Shown: positions 20,926-34,610 of the stretch, piece after piece
Position numbering within the stretch: position 1 is the stretch's first letter
How the letters are laid out: each line of letters opens with the position of its first letter
Source of the DNA: Octopus sinensis
Taxonomy: Eukaryota
Length of the DNA stretch: 64,000 bases
Direction of reading: 5' to 3'
Assembly: GCF_006345805.1 (NCBI RefSeq)
Contig: NC_043011.1
Coordinates: 55,130,464 to 55,194,463 of the forward strand
Notes under the pieces: model-generated
Databases searched by the model: none
The model's input: the letters and a program-made list of their open reading frames with translations, nothing else
What the model was told of the DNA's origin: nothing
Made by a program: the position numbers and the translations under genes

Positions 20926-23330
20926 ATGGATGGATGGATGGATGGAGGGGAGAATGGATGGATGGATGGATGGAGGGGAGAATGGATGGATGGATGGATG
21001 GACGTATTTATTTAATGGCGGATGGATGGATGGATGGATGGACGTATTTATTTAATGGCGGATGGATGGATGCATGGATGGATGGATGAAGGTATTTATT
21101 TAATAGTGGATGGATTGATGCATGGATGGATGGATGAAGGTATTTATTTAATAGCGAAAAGATAGATGCATGGATGGATGGATGAAGGTATTTATTTAAT
21201 AGCGAAAAGATAGATGCATGGATGGATGGATGAAGGTATTTATTTAATAGCGAAAAGATGGATGCATGGATGGATGGATGAAGGTATTTATTTAATAGTG
21301 GATGGATTGATGCATGGATGGATGGATGAAGGTATTTATTTAATAGCGAAAAGATGGATGCATGGATGGATGGATGAAGGTATTTATTTAATAGTGGATG
21401 GATTGATGCATGGATGGATGGATGAAGGTATTTATTTCATAGTGGCTGGATTGATGCATGGATGGATGGAGGAAGGTATTTACTTCATAGTGGATGGATT
21501 GATGCATGGATGGATGGATGGATGAAGGTATTTATTTAATAGCGGATGGATGGATACATGGATGGATGGATGAAGGTATTTATTTAATAGCGAATGGATG
21601 GATGCATGGATGGATGGATGAAGGTATTTATTTCATAGTGGATGGATTGATGCATGGATGGATGGATGGATGAAGGTATTTATTTAATAGCGGATGGATG
21701 GATACATGGATGGATGGATGAAGGTATTTATTTAATAGCAGATGGATGGATGCATGGATTGATGGATGAAGGTATTTATTTCATAGCGGATGGGTGGATG
21801 CATGGATGGATGGATGAAGGTATTTATATAATAGCGGATGGATGGATGCATGGATGGATGGATGAAGGTATTTATTTAATAGCGGATGGATGGATGCATG
21901 GATGGATGGATGAAGGTATTTATTTAATAGCGGATGGATGGATGCATGGATGGATGGATGAAGGTTTTTATTTAATAGCGGATGGATGGATGCATGGATG
22001 GATGGATGAAGGTATTTATTTAATAGCGAAAAGATGGATGCATGGATGGATGGATGGATGAAGGTATTTATTTAATAGCGGATGGATGTATGCATGGATG
22101 GATGGATGGAAGAAGGTATTTATTTAATTGCGGATGGATGGATGCATGGATGGATGCATGGATGAAGGTATTTATTTAATAGCGGATGGATGGATGCATG
22201 GATTGATGGATGGGTAAATGTTTTTATTTAATTGCGGATGGATGGATGCATGGATGGATGCATGGATGAAGGTATTTATTTAATAGCGGATGGATGGATG
22301 CATGGATTGATGGATGGGTAAATGTTTTTATTTAATGGCGGATGGATGGATGCATGGATGGATGCATGGATGAAGGTATTTATTTCATAGCGGATGGATG
22401 GATGGATGGATGGATGGATGGAAGAAGGTTTTTTTATTTAATAGCGGATGGATGGATGGATGGATGGAAGAAGGTATTTATTTAATAGAGGATGCATGGA
22501 TGCATGGATGGATGCATGGATGAAGGTATTTATTTAATAGCGGATGGATGGATGGATGGATGGATGGATGGAAGAAGGTATTTATTTAATAGCGGATGGA
22601 AGGATGGATGGATGGAAGAAGGTATTTATTTAATAGAGGATGGATGGATGCATTGATGGATGCATGGATGAAGGTATTTATTTAATAGAGGATGGATGGA
22701 TGCATGGATGAAGGTATTTATTTAATAGCGGATGGATGTATGCATGGATGGATGCATGGATGAAGGTATTTATTTAATAGCGGATGGATGGATGCATGGA
22801 TTGATGGATGGGTAAAGGTTTTTATTTAATGGCGGATGGATGGATGGACGAATGGATGGATGGATTGTTGGATGGATGGATGGATGGAGGTATTTATTTA
22901 ATGGCGGATGCATGGATGGATGGTTGAATGGATGGATGGATGGATGGATGGAGGTACTCAATTAATGGTGGATGGATGGATCAATGGATGCATGGATGGG
23001 TGGAAACGTGGGTCGATGGGTGGTTTGATGGATGAATGGATGGAGATAATAATTAATGGCGGATGGATGGATGGATGAATGGATGGATATATGGATGGAT
23101 GGATGGAGGTAATTATTTCATTGCCGATGGATGGATGGAATGATTGATGGAGATAATTATTTAATGGCGGATGGATGCATGAATGGATGGGTTGGTGGGT
23201 GGAAGGGTGGATTGTTGCATGGATGGATGGATGGTATTTATTTAATGACAGATGGATGTATAGATTGATGGATGGGGCTATTTATTTTATGGATGGATTG
23301 ATGGATGGATAGATAGATGGATGGACCTTT
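20926..23330. repeat. 48-bp minisatellite built on GGAT, about 2.4 kb
   Basis: Unit gatgaaggtatttatttaatagcggatggatggatgcatggatggatg (16-aa periodicity [16 protein letters not shown] in the ORF track); degenerate at both ends. Confidence 0.95.
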
Positions 23331-23349
23331 TTAATGGCTGAACCATTGA

Positions 23350-23508
23350 TGGCAGCGAACTGGCAGAAACGTTGGCACCCCAGGCGAAATGCTTAAATAA
23401 ATTAACTACCAGTTACGCACTGGGGTCGATGTACTCGACTTAATCCCTTTGTCTGGCCTTGTTTGTCCTCACTGTGTGTAGCCTCTTGTGGACAGTCAAG
23501 AAATAAGG
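23350..23508 (+). mobile_element. SINE family B, internally deleted
   Basis: Head ggcagcgaactggcagaaacg joined directly to the 3' body. Confidence 0.8.
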
Positions 23509-24090
23509 TATGCGTATATGAATGCGTGTAGCCACCTTGTAGAAGCCAACAACCTCATTTTTCCTAATGGTTGAATACTTTTTTAAGTTGGTTGTCCTTG
23601 AAACACTTGATCCAACCAGTCCAATGGTAGATGTTGAAGTTGAACTTGAACCTTGATGTTGCAACTGAATGCAGGCACGTGTACGTGTGTGGAGGGGGTT
23701 AATTAATTCTTTCTCCAAATTTTCATTTTATTTAATGGCTGAACCAAATTAAAGGGGCAATGTTTCATTTCTCTGATTTTTGCAAAACTGCATAAAGGTT
23801 CCGCAACAAAATATGCTTGGAATTCACTATGTTAAACTAACTTAACTATTTTCTTTTCAAGCAGATGACCCCTCTAAGTAATTAATCTTGGCGATATCTT
23901 TTTCTTCTTAATATGCAAATATGCCAACGAGGGAAGTTCTACAGTTACTCGACCTCTTAGAAATAACAGTCAAATCTTCACATAACACCTTAGTGTCTTT
24001 AAAAAGGCTGTTCTGAGAATGGATTTTTTCCAATGCTCTATGAGGCTGACCTCAGGCTGACCTCAGGCTGATAAATAACAGTAGCAGCAA

Positions 24091-24466
24091 GTGGAGGCGC
24101 AATGGCCCAATGGTTAGGGCAGCGGACTCGCGGTCGGAGGATCGCAGTTTCGATTCCCAGACCGGGTGTTGTGTATGTTTATTGAGCGAAAACACCTAAA
24201 GCTCCACGAGGCTCCGGCAGGGAGGGGAGGGCGACCCCTGTTGTACTCTTACGCACCAACTTTCTCTCACTCTTTCTTCCTGCTTCTTGTCCCCGGCTTC
24301 CTACGCAACCGCTGAGCCTGGATGCGCATTCATCCATCCGTCGATGCTCTCGGTGTTGGGGGTTGACCTGCTTTCTCTTCTGCGGGTCTTACGAATAGCA
24401 AAGGACCACGTTTCAGACTTCTCCCACTAGTGGGACGAAGACCGCTTCGCTCAACAAACAAACAAA
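24091..24466 (+). mobile_element. SINE with family C head and a different 3' tail
   Basis: Matches the 3984 copy to about 24282, then carries an unrelated tail ending in (AAAC)n. Confidence 0.82.
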
Positions 24467-24832
24467 CAGCAGCAGCAGTAACAGCAAAGATAATTGCAGA
24501 CAATTCAGACAATTAACATAGATTGGCTCTAATTAAAGAAAGGATTCTTATCCGATTTTCTTTAAGAACATCTTCAAGCCTTACTCATTTAATTTTGATT
24601 GTGTTACCATATTTAATGACGAGAGCATTATCAATAATTATATGGCAATTATAAGACAATATTACTTAATGACAAATAATATTTTAATTACTAATGCAAT
24701 TCAATAATTCTGGACATGTTGAAGCCCTCTTCAGTCTGCACCGTCTCTCGCAAAGTAATGATAGAATAACTAAGTCAACGTAAGATATCTGGTGTAAGAA
24801 ATTAACACATTTTAGAAAACAAATTACACAAA

Positions 24833-24999
24833 TAGCCGCAGGAGTGGCTGTGTGGTAAGTAGCTTGCTAACCAACCACATGGTTCCGGGTTCAGTCCCAC
24901 TGCGTGACATCTTGGGCAAGTGTCTTCTACTATAGCCCCGAGCCGACCAATGCCTCGTGAGTGAATTTGGTAGACGGAAACTGAAAGAAGCCTGTCGTA

Positions 25000-25052
<53 letters not shown>

Positions 25053-25284
25053 CGTATGTGTGTGTGTGTTTGTGTGTCTGTGTTTGTCCCCCTAGCATTG
25101 CTTGACAACCGATGCTGGTGTGTTTACGTCCCCGTAACTTAGCGGTTCGGCAAAAGAGACCGATAGAATAAGTACTGGGCTTACAAAAAGAATAAGTCCC
25201 GGGGTCGAGTTGCTCGATTAAAGGCGGTGCTCCAGCATGGCCGCAGTCAACTGACTGAAACAAGTAAAAGAGAGAGTAAAGAGT
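24833..25284 (+). mobile_element. SINE family A inserted in the left copy of a local duplication
   Basis: Full-length family A; the empty site is visible at 25921-25940. Confidence 0.92.
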
Positions 25285-25518
25285 AAAGTATTTAGAGACG
25301 GCATCCACCTGAGAAACAACAGTCAGGTTAGTATTAACATATTTAACGTAATATTATACCAAGCTAATTTTTAAAATATGCGTTTCGATAAAGAAAGGGT
25401 TCGTCTTATACTCTGAACGATTGTCTTATTGCGACTTCAGCAAAAAACGATAGAAGTTTTGTATCTAATTAGACAAAATATCTTCAGTATTGTCTCCCAA
25501 GGAATAATTACAATATTA

Positions 25519-25855
25519 GGATCGCGGTTTCGATTCCCAGACCGGGCGTTGTGAGTGTTTATTGAGTGAAAACACCTAAAAGCTCCACGAGGCTCCGGCA
25601 GGGGATGGTGGTGATCCCTGCTGTACTCTTTCACCACAACTTTATCTCACTCTTTCTTCCTGTTTCTGTTGTACCTGTATTTCAAAGGGCCGGCCTTGTC
25701 ACTCTCTGTGTCACGCTGAATATCCCCGAGAACTACATTAAGGGTACACGTGTCTGTGGAGTGCTCAGCCACTTACACGTTAATTTCACGAGCAGGCTGT
25801 TCCGTTGACTCGGATCAACCGGAACCCTCGTCGTCGTAACCGACGGAGTGCTTCC
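25519..25855 (+). mobile_element. SINE family C, 5'-truncated, between two about 306-bp direct repeats
   Basis: Near-identical to 4031-4368; flanked by 24757-25518 (after removing SINE A) and 25856-26161. Confidence 0.9.
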
Positions 25856-26784
25856 AATGGTAGAATAACTAAGTCAACGTAAGATATCTGGTGTAAGAAA
25901 TTAACACATTTTAGAAAACAAATTACACAAAGTATTTAGAGACGGCATCCACCTGAGAAACAACAGTCAGGTTAGTATTAACATATTTAACATAATATTA
26001 TACCAAGCTAATTTTTAAAATATGCGTTTCGATAAAGAAAGGGTTCGCCTTATACTCTGAACGATTGTCTTATTGCGACTTCAGCAAAAACGATAGAAGT
26101 TTTGTATCTAATTAGACAAAATATCTTCAGTATTGTCTCCCAAGGAATAATTACAATATTAAGAATTAATTGATTTTGTCTTTTCCACATCGCAAAATTA
26201 TTTATAATTGGTTTTGTAGCACTAATTGTATTAATTATATTATCTCTATCTCGATTATTGATTTTCATACGTATGACAGCATCACGTTTTAAATTTAGTT
26301 TTAAAAAAAGAGAAAAGTATTAAAATGTGTTAATGGTCGAAGGGAGGTAACTACAAATGATTCCGGTTAAAACGCCTGACTTCTTCAGATGTTCCTGGCC
26401 CTATTCTTCCGTCACAATTTGAACTTGCTTTGTAGTAATATTTTATCGATCTTTGTGAGTCAATCGTCAGCCATTTTCTGGATCTTCCTCCCCTCACCTC
26501 TGCCGTTAGGCGTCCCACAAAACTGTCCCTTCAAAAACTCTTCAGAGGTCCCCCTCTGCTACTGTAGACGTGGTCACTCTTGTATGGTACTGGTGACATG
26601 CAACACAATATACACTTGTGGCATGGCCGGACCGTCGGCGATTCAACCAATAAGGCCATCAATCTTTTATATGACTTTTTTAAAAAATTACAAATGCGAA
26701 CAACGAGACTTTTTTCGGACACGGATAAGAAGAAAACCTCACAGTTGGCAATTCGTATTTGCAGCTTGAAGGACAACAACTTCT

Positions 26785-26786
26785 GT

Positions 26787-26829
<43 letters not shown>

Positions 26830-27018
26830 ATGTATGTATGTATGTATGTGTGTATGTATGTATGTATGTGTGTATGTATGCATGTATGTGTGTATGTATG
26901 TGTGTGTGTATGTATGCGTGTATGTATGTATGTATGTATGTATGTATGTATGTGTGTGTGTATGTATGTATGTATGCATGCATGTATGTATGCATGCATG
27001 CATGCATCTATGTATGTA

Positions 27019-27067
<49 letters not shown>

Positions 27068-27372
27068 ATGTATGTATGTATGTATGTGTGTATGTATGTA
27101 TGTATGTGTGTATGTATGCATGTATGTGTGTATGTATGTGTGTGTGTATGTATGCGTGTATGTATGTATGTATGTATGTATGTATGTATGTGTGTGTGTG
27201 TATGTATGTATGTATGCATGCATGTATGTATGCATGCATGCATGCATCTATGTATGTATGTATGTGTGTGTGTGTGTGTGTAGTACGTACAGGCACGCAC
27301 GCACGCATGTATGTATGTATGTATATATGTATGTATGTATGTATGATAATAATAATAATAATAATAATAATA
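26785..27372. repeat. (TG)n/(TATG)n array with an internal duplication of about 240 bp, ending in (TAA)n
   Basis: The marker catgcatctatgtatg recurs at about 27001 and 27241. Confidence 0.92.
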
Positions 27373-27737
27373 ATGTACCAAGCCGTGGCTCTCATGGCTT
27401 CTGATCTCTCTTTGAATGGAAGTGTTATCATGTACATTGTTTTGTCTTGGTATAAAAGATGGGCTACAGCAAATATTCTGCTCAATACCACAGATTTGCT
27501 TGTCAGTTGTTTGACCTTAATCAGTTGTACATGTCCCTTAGTGGCTAACGATATGTGCATCTCTGATCACGAGCAGAAGTAGTGGGGGAGCATCATAGCC
27601 ATGTGTTGAAAGGGATTCTTGGAGTTTTGGATAATTCACCTTTGGAAACATGGGGGATTCCTTCAACATCCTTAAGCAATCCTTATTCAGGGACCTACCA
27701 CCTGCAAGGTCATGCGCTGTTTATCTTGATATGAGAT
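27373..27737. repeat. Dispersed repeat family E
   Basis: Homologous to 13935-14380. Confidence 0.8.
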
Positions 27738-27789
27738 TAAACCCTTCAATCTGGTAAAACAGGCAAAAGATTCTCATCGAAATAAAGAG

Positions 27790-28718
27790 GACAGATCCTG
27801 TACACTATAGATCTTTATTGCAATCAGACCTGGACACAATGCAGCAGTGGACCATGGACTGGCAGCTCAAGCTGGCTGTGGACAAATGTACCACCATGCA
27901 TTTTGGGAGGAGAAACCCAGCGTCTACTTAGTCCCTCCACAACACTAATCTCAAAAAGTCTTCGTGTGAACGTGACCTGGGCATTATTGTCGACAGCGAT
28001 TTGCGTTGGACAAAACACATTGCTAAAATTGCCAAGAAGGCTGAGGGTGTCTTGGCATCACTTACCAAGTCCTTTGTGAGCCGTTCTCTATCTATCTGAG
28101 GCTTTATATAGCTATGGTGTGGCCTCACCTGGAATTTGCATCACCGGTCTGGAACCCCTATCTTGCCCAGGATATTAATCGTCTGGAAATCGTTCAGCGA
28201 CGTGCAACCAAAAGAATACCCTCCATCAGGTATTTGCTGTATTCTGAACGCCTTACTTCCCTGGGCAGGGACACATTGAAACTCCGACGTCTGGCAGCTG
28301 ACTTGGCAGACACCCATAAAATTATTAACCATCTTACAAACAATAACTCTGAGCACCTTTTCAAACTCCACCCGTCTAACACCCGTGGACATATTTACAA
28401 AGTCAGAAAACAGCACAGCTCCCATGACTTCAGGAAACATTTTTTCACGCTAAGAGTTGCTGAAGTATGGAACAGACTGCCGGCATCAGTTGTTAGTTGT
28501 CGGAGCACTGCATCCTTAAAAACTTCCATGCTTCCTGAGATTCGCCAACACTACACCTGATTTTCTCCCCTCCATACACACGCAAGCATGTACCTGATTC
28601 ATACACTGTTCGCTTTCCAGACATTTGTACATTACTGCATATACTTTATACGCACTGTCTGACAAGTTGTGGTGCACCTGAGCACTGTATACAATAATTT
28701 CATTATTATAATTATTAT
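27790..28718 (+). mobile_element. CR1-clade LINE, 5'-truncated (RT C-terminus and 3' UTR)
   Basis: QSDLDTMQQW...DKCTTMHFG...ERDLGIIVDSDLRW...MVWPHLEFASPVWNPY...LEIVQRRATK...TRGH...RKHFFTLRVAEVWNRLP; in-frame stop; (ATT)n tail. Confidence 0.9.
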
Positions 28719-29059
28719 TTTGTTTTTCTCCAATTTAAAAAACATTTTCCTTTTGCGGTAAACTTTAAAGGGAGGTAATTTTGGATTACATGTTCCTCAT
28801 TTTTTTTCTGCTGTATTTATTTATTTGTTTGTTTGTTTATTTATTTATTTATTTCGATTTCACTCTTGGCTTTCAACAGTGATCGTGTAAGCCTACAATC
28901 AATAATATTTCAGTAGAAACATTGTCAGCTTATTGATTTTTTTTCTCCCCCTTCTCTCTCCCTCACTCGAGACCAGAACCTTTGCCCTTTTGCTCAGATA
29001 TCAGCAGCACTAAACACCCTTGTCCAAAGGAGTCCACAATTGCACCAGCTTGGCCGAAT

Positions 29060-29738
29060 CTTTTGAATCTCACCACTCAGATAAGTAAAGCAGTTGGCAA
29101 CTTCAGCAGTCTCACTCGAAAGGTGGAGTCTCTCCTGTGCTGGTCTTGTGAGACCACTGCCCAAAGCCCATAGGAGCCACCTGAACTCCTTTGGTACCAG
29201 GACACTACACAGGATTATCGCTTACCATTGGTCACGAGACCATAATCTCGTGGCCTATGCCAGGGGCGTTACCAGTCCACTTATGCGTACCTTTCCTTCT
29301 TTGGACACTAAAACTCTGCTTGCAAAGGACCTGTTGAGGCAAGTGAAATCAAAAATCGAAAATCAAAATCAAATTCGATGATTGGCATCCGTGTTAGTGG
29401 GGTGCAAAGAGCACCATACGAGTGTAATCATTGACAGAGCAGCCTACCGGCTTCCATGCTAGTGGCACTTAAAAGGCACCATTCGAGCGTGATCGTTACC
29501 AGCGTCGCCTTACTGGCACTCGAGCCCAGTGCTAGTAGTGTATTAAGAGCACCATCTGAATGTGATTGTTGCCAGAGCAGCTATCTGGCCTCCGTGCCGG
29601 TGGCAGGTAAAAAACACCATTTGAGCATGATCGTTACCAGCATTGCCTTACTGGCACCCGCGCCGGTGGCATGTGTAAAAAGATTTGAGCGAGGTTGTTG
29701 CCAGTGCCACCTGGAAAGCAGACGTTAAACGATGATGA
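29060..29738 (+). mobile_element. RTE LINE (family D) 3' UTR preceded by an RTE ORF fragment
   Basis: gagaccataatctcgtggcctatgccaggggcgttacc... is shared with 46598-47050; ends gacgttaaacgatgatgat. Confidence 0.8.
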
Positions 29739-30354
29739 TTTCACATTCAACCAACAACTTTGGTATATGTCCTGTCACTTGTATAAATTGGGAATGACGT
29801 CTCAGGCTGACTGGTCATGTTGCTTGATTTTCCAAATTACACCATGCTTACCATTTTCTCTACACTGAGAATCCTTCTGGGTTGCTGGCTCATGTTGGTC
29901 AACCATATGTGGTCACAGCAGATGAGGAGGAGGCATCTTGTGGAGATGGGCAATCACTGACATTCTGTTGGTTGGAGTCAGCTGCAAGGATCTGCAAATG
30001 GTGAATGCACTGCAATGTGCTGCAGCAATGCAAGCCCCCACACCTAAATTGACACTCCTCCCTCGCCCAACACTTTGTATTTAAGACTACTTCCATTATG
30101 AAATACAGCATCGGGGGCTGTGGACTCAGTAAAACCTGTTGCAGTATTTCTAATTAGGGTTATTTCATCTATTAATTAGCCTGGTATAATTTGTCTCCAA
30201 TAAACTTTATGCTAAGGAGACAAATTGGCAGAACCTTTGGACGACTTTTGGTTGAAATATTTGGCTGAGGTTTGATTCAAGTCTCAGCAAGTTCAGTTTT
30301 GTCTGTCATTCTTGAATAAAATACCAATCCAGTCAACAACCGCTGCTAACGATC

Positions 30355-30445
30355 CTATCTCTCTCCTTCTATCTCTCCCTTCCTCCCTCCCTCTCCCTCT
30401 CCCTTCTCCTCATTTCTTTCTCCTTCTATCTCTCCCTTCTCCTTC

Positions 30446-30476
<31 letters not shown>

Positions 30477-30525
30477 CCTCCCCCTCTCTCCCTTCTCCCT
30501 CATCTCTCTCTCTTTCTCTCTCTCT
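30355..30525. repeat. Polypyrimidine (CT-rich) low-complexity tract
   Basis: Read directly from the sequence. Confidence 0.9.
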
Positions 30526-32247
30526 GAATTGTGTTGTAACTCAAATGTCAACGCTTGCTACTTTCTGTGTTTCCCTGATTCAACCTGACAGCTGCTATGT
30601 CGAGGGTAGAAGACATGTCTGTGTAAAATTCTAAGCCTTTTTAGCCATTCAGTTCACACAAAGAGGAATTCATTCGGCTCAGCAATTGGAACCTTATTGG
30701 GGGTGACTGATTACAAATCCATCAAATGCTTCTGGTACAAGACTGCTTCCTTACTTTATTTACTGAAAGGAGGAAAAGTTGACCCCGGCTGGGATCAGAA
30801 CTGTTATCAGGATATTTTAATGATTCAAACAATCAGCAACAACCCTCTCTGTTCTGGTTTCAAATCCTGCTGAGATTAATCTTATTTTCCATCCCCACAA
30901 TGGGGCAGAATATAAAGACCAGCCAAGTACTCTCCAACCATATTTGAGGTTAATGCCCTTCATTAGAAATTAATACTTGTATTTATTAATTAATTATCTA
31001 AACATGATGAAAACATGGACAGCTATTTAAAACTCTTGAAGCAAACCTCATTTAGCAATAAATCTGCTCCTTGAAAGATGTTTAAAAGATAATTACTTCA
31101 AATCTTAATTAAAGCAGTCTATATTGGTTGTTAATGCCTTAGAAAAAGGAATGAATTCCACAGCTTCCCAATTTTTTTTTCTCTATAATATATATTGTGG
31201 ATTCAGTTAACCACATTATTTTAGTGACAGAGCAATATTTTTTTAATCTTTTTGGTAATCCAAACAATGATGATGATGATGATTGAATGCATATCAAAGG
31301 GAGTGAGAGTGAGAGGGAGACCAATTCAGCCAGAACATATCCCAAGGTTCAGGATTCCAAAAAGGGACCCTGTGAAATTCTAAGGGTAGTTGGGAGTAGA
31401 CCCCCTCTCTTTCAGGTAGAGCCATTAGGGTGCTTTGTTCTGTGGCAAGTTACATTGAAGCTGAATAATTTGATTTTTTTCAATTTTAGAAAAACCATGG
31501 CTGCCACAAAAAAAAAAACCATTTTCTTTTCTGTTACTCTTGAACTTTGTTATATTTTATAAAAAGCCTGACCCTACTCACATACGATGATTAGAAATAT
31601 TGATGATTAGACATTATCGTCTGGCTGAGCAAGCAAGGGAGACAACCGTGAATATTTGTCCAACTTCAATCACGTTCCTGAAGATATAAATCCATTTTTT
31701 TTCCTTTTTAAGCAACCAGTAAAACATACATTTATCGGTTTGAAAATGGCTACGTGAAGCTCGAAACTCTTATCAGAGCAACTCAATGTAAACACTATTA
31801 TTAAAATTAAATTAAAAATTGTCCCCTCAAAAAAACCACCTCTACTCATTCTTTCAAATATATATACAATACTGTACCAAGAACTTTCTCTTTACTATTC
31901 TACTACATGTATTATATGTAAGTATATATGTATTGTGACTTTGTGCCTGAGTTTGTCCCCGCCTCCCACCGCTTGGCAACTGGTGTTGCTGTGTTTATGT
32001 TCACATAACTTAGCGGCTCAGTAAAAGAGGTCAATAAAAAGTACCAGGCATAAAAAACATACTGGGATCATATGACTGGCTTACCCGGTTAATATGTATT
32101 ACTAACATTGGTATAAAACCAAAAACTTTGTAGGGAGAGGAGAAATATTGCTCTGAAATGCTAGCAAGTAAGCAAAACCTAACAGCCACTTCACATTGTT
32201 TTAATGTTCACTAGCAACGCCTCACCTTTGCTCCTATTAACAGTGTT

Positions 32248-33327
32248 ATCATCATCATCATCGTCGTTTAACGTCCGTTCTCCATGCTAGCATGGGTTGG
32301 ACGGTTCGACCGGGGTTCTGGGAAGCCAGAAGGCTGCACCAGGCTCCAGTCTAATCTGGCAATGTTTCTACAGCTGGATGCCCTTCCTAACGCCAACCAC
32401 TCCGTGAGTGTAGTGGGTGCTTTTTACGTGCCACCTGCACAGGTGCCAGGCGGGGCTGGCAACGGCAACGGTCAGATTGGTGTATTTTATGTGCCACCGG
32501 CACGGAAGCCAGTCGAGGCGGTGCTGGCATCGGCCACGAGTCGGATAGTGCTTTTTACGTACCACCAGACCAGGGATCCTGGCTGGTTCAATTCGATTTC
32601 GATTTCGCTTGCCCCAACATGTCTTCACAAACAAAGGGGGTTGGCATGGGTGCCTGTCGTACGGTCGCATTGGAGTATTTTACGTGCCACGAGTCGGATA
32701 GTGCTTTTTACGTACCACCAGGCCAGGGATCCTGGCTGGTTCAATTCGGTTTCGATTTCGATTTCGCTTGCCCCAACATGTCTTCGCAAGCATGGGGGGT
32801 TGGCATGGGTGTCTGTCGTCGGATGAGGTTCTATATCGACTTCGCTTGCCTCAACCGGTCTTTGTGTCCAAGGGAGGAAAGGCATTCATAAGTGGGCTGG
32901 GCTCACTTGTCCTGCCTGGTCTTCTCACGTACAGAATATTTCCAAAGGTCTCGGTCTCTGGTCATTTCCTCAGTGAGGCCTAAAGTTCGAAGGTCGTGCT
33001 TCACCACCTCGTCCCAGGTTTTCCTGGGTCTACCTCTTCCACGGGTTCCCTCAACTGCTAGGGATTGGCACTTTCTCACACACCTATCTTCATCCATTCT
33101 CGCCACATGACCATACCAGCGCAATCGTCTCTCTTGTACACCACAACTGATGCTTCTTAGGTACAACATTTCTCTCAAGGTGCTAACGCTCTGTCGAGTA
33201 TGTACACTGACATTACACATCCATCGGAGCATACTGGCTTCATTCCTCACGAGCTTACGCATGTCCTCAGCAGTCACGGCCCATGTTTCGCTGCCATGTA
33301 GCATGGCTGTTCGTACACACGCATCAT
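32248..33327 (-). mobile_element. RTE-clade LINE (family D), 5'-truncated, ORF C-terminus plus long repetitive 3' UTR
   Basis: MLHGSETWAVT...EASMLRWM...RRLRWYGHVARM...RGRGRPRKTWDEVVKHDL...RDRDLWK is an RTE C-terminus; (GAT)n tail. Confidence 0.92.
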
Positions 33328-33455
33328 ATCTTGGTCATTATTGAAGAGTTAGGATTATAATATGAAAGATATCAGGGATATCTGAGGAAAAGGTCATTTA
33401 GTGCTTCAAGACTAAGAAATGTCATACAGGTAATGGTATTCACACCACACACATA

Positions 33456-33862
33456 AGGCGGCGAGCTGGCAGAAACGTTAGCACGCCAGGCGAAATGCGT
33501 AGCCGTATTTCGTCTGCCGTTACGTTCTGAGTTCAAATTCCGCCGAGGTCGACTTTGCCTTTCATCCTTTTGTGGTCGATAAATTAAGTACCAGTTACAC
33601 ACTGGGGTCGATGTAATCAACTTAATCCGTTTGTCTGTCCCCTCTGTGTTTAGCCCCTTGTGGGTAGTAAAGAAATAGGTATTTCGGCTGCCGTTACGTT
33701 CTGAGTTCAAATTCCGCCGAGGTTAACTTTGCCTTTCATCCTTTTGGGGGTCGATAAATTAAGTACCAGTTACACACTGGGGTCTATGTAATCAGCTAAA
33801 TCCCTTTGTCTGTCCTTGTTTGTCCCCTCTGTGTTTAGCCCCTCGTGGGTAGTAAAGAAATA
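33456..33862 (+). mobile_element. SINE family B, body tandemly duplicated
   Basis: Same dimeric arrangement as 7233-7648. Confidence 0.9.
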
Positions 33863-34180
33863 TATATAATATTACCTTCTTGTTTCTTTCGGTCTTTTCG
33901 ATGTGTTACAAGAAAAGTTTTCACTTGGAGAAACATAGGGAGAGAAAGGGAGAGGATGGTGAGAAAAGAGAGAAAGGAAAGAAGAAAGAAGGAGAAAGAA
34001 GTGAATGAAAAGGGAATAGTTGAATCAATGAAGAAATACAAAAGATAGGGAGAGAGAGAGAGTGAAGGGGAGGTAGATATTATTTTGCCTTTGTCTGATA
34101 TAAATGCAGGCACGATTAAAATGTTGAACATGATCAAGCGACGTCATGGAGATCTATAAATTTATGCTTTCAAAGAGAGT

Positions 34181-34348
34181 GCAGGAGTGGCTGTGTGGTA
34201 AGTAGCTTGCTAACCAACCACATGGTTCCGGGTTCAGTCCCACTGCGTGGCATCTTGGGCAAGTGTCTTCTGCTATAGCCCCGGGCCGACCAATGCCTTG
34301 TGAGTGGATTTGGTAGATGGAAACTGAAAGAAGCCTGTCGTATATATG

Positions 34349-34402
<54 letters not shown>

Positions 34403-34610
34403 TGTGTCTGTGTTTGTCCCCCTAGCATTGCTTGACAACCGATGCTGGTGTGTGTTTACGTCCCCGTAACTTAGCGGTTCGGCAAAAGAGACCGATAGAA
34501 TAAGTACTGGGCTTACAAAGAATAAGTCCCGGGGTCGATTTGCTCGACTAAAGGCGGTGCTCCAGCATGGCCGCAGTCAAATGACTGAAACAAGTAAAAG
34601 AGTAAAGAGA
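34181..34610 (+). mobile_element. SINE family A
   Basis: Full-length copy. Confidence 0.92.

Noticed and set aside
21214-22061. Met/Trp/Asp/Gly repeat ORFs superficially like reflectin
   Set aside because: They derive from the GGAT minisatellite, lack the reflectin M/FD(X)5MD(X)5MD motif and Tyr/Arg richness, and are broken by frameshifts.
20926-23330. CRISPR-like regular array
   Set aside because: Eukaryotic context, no unique spacers and no cas genes; it is a tandem repeat.
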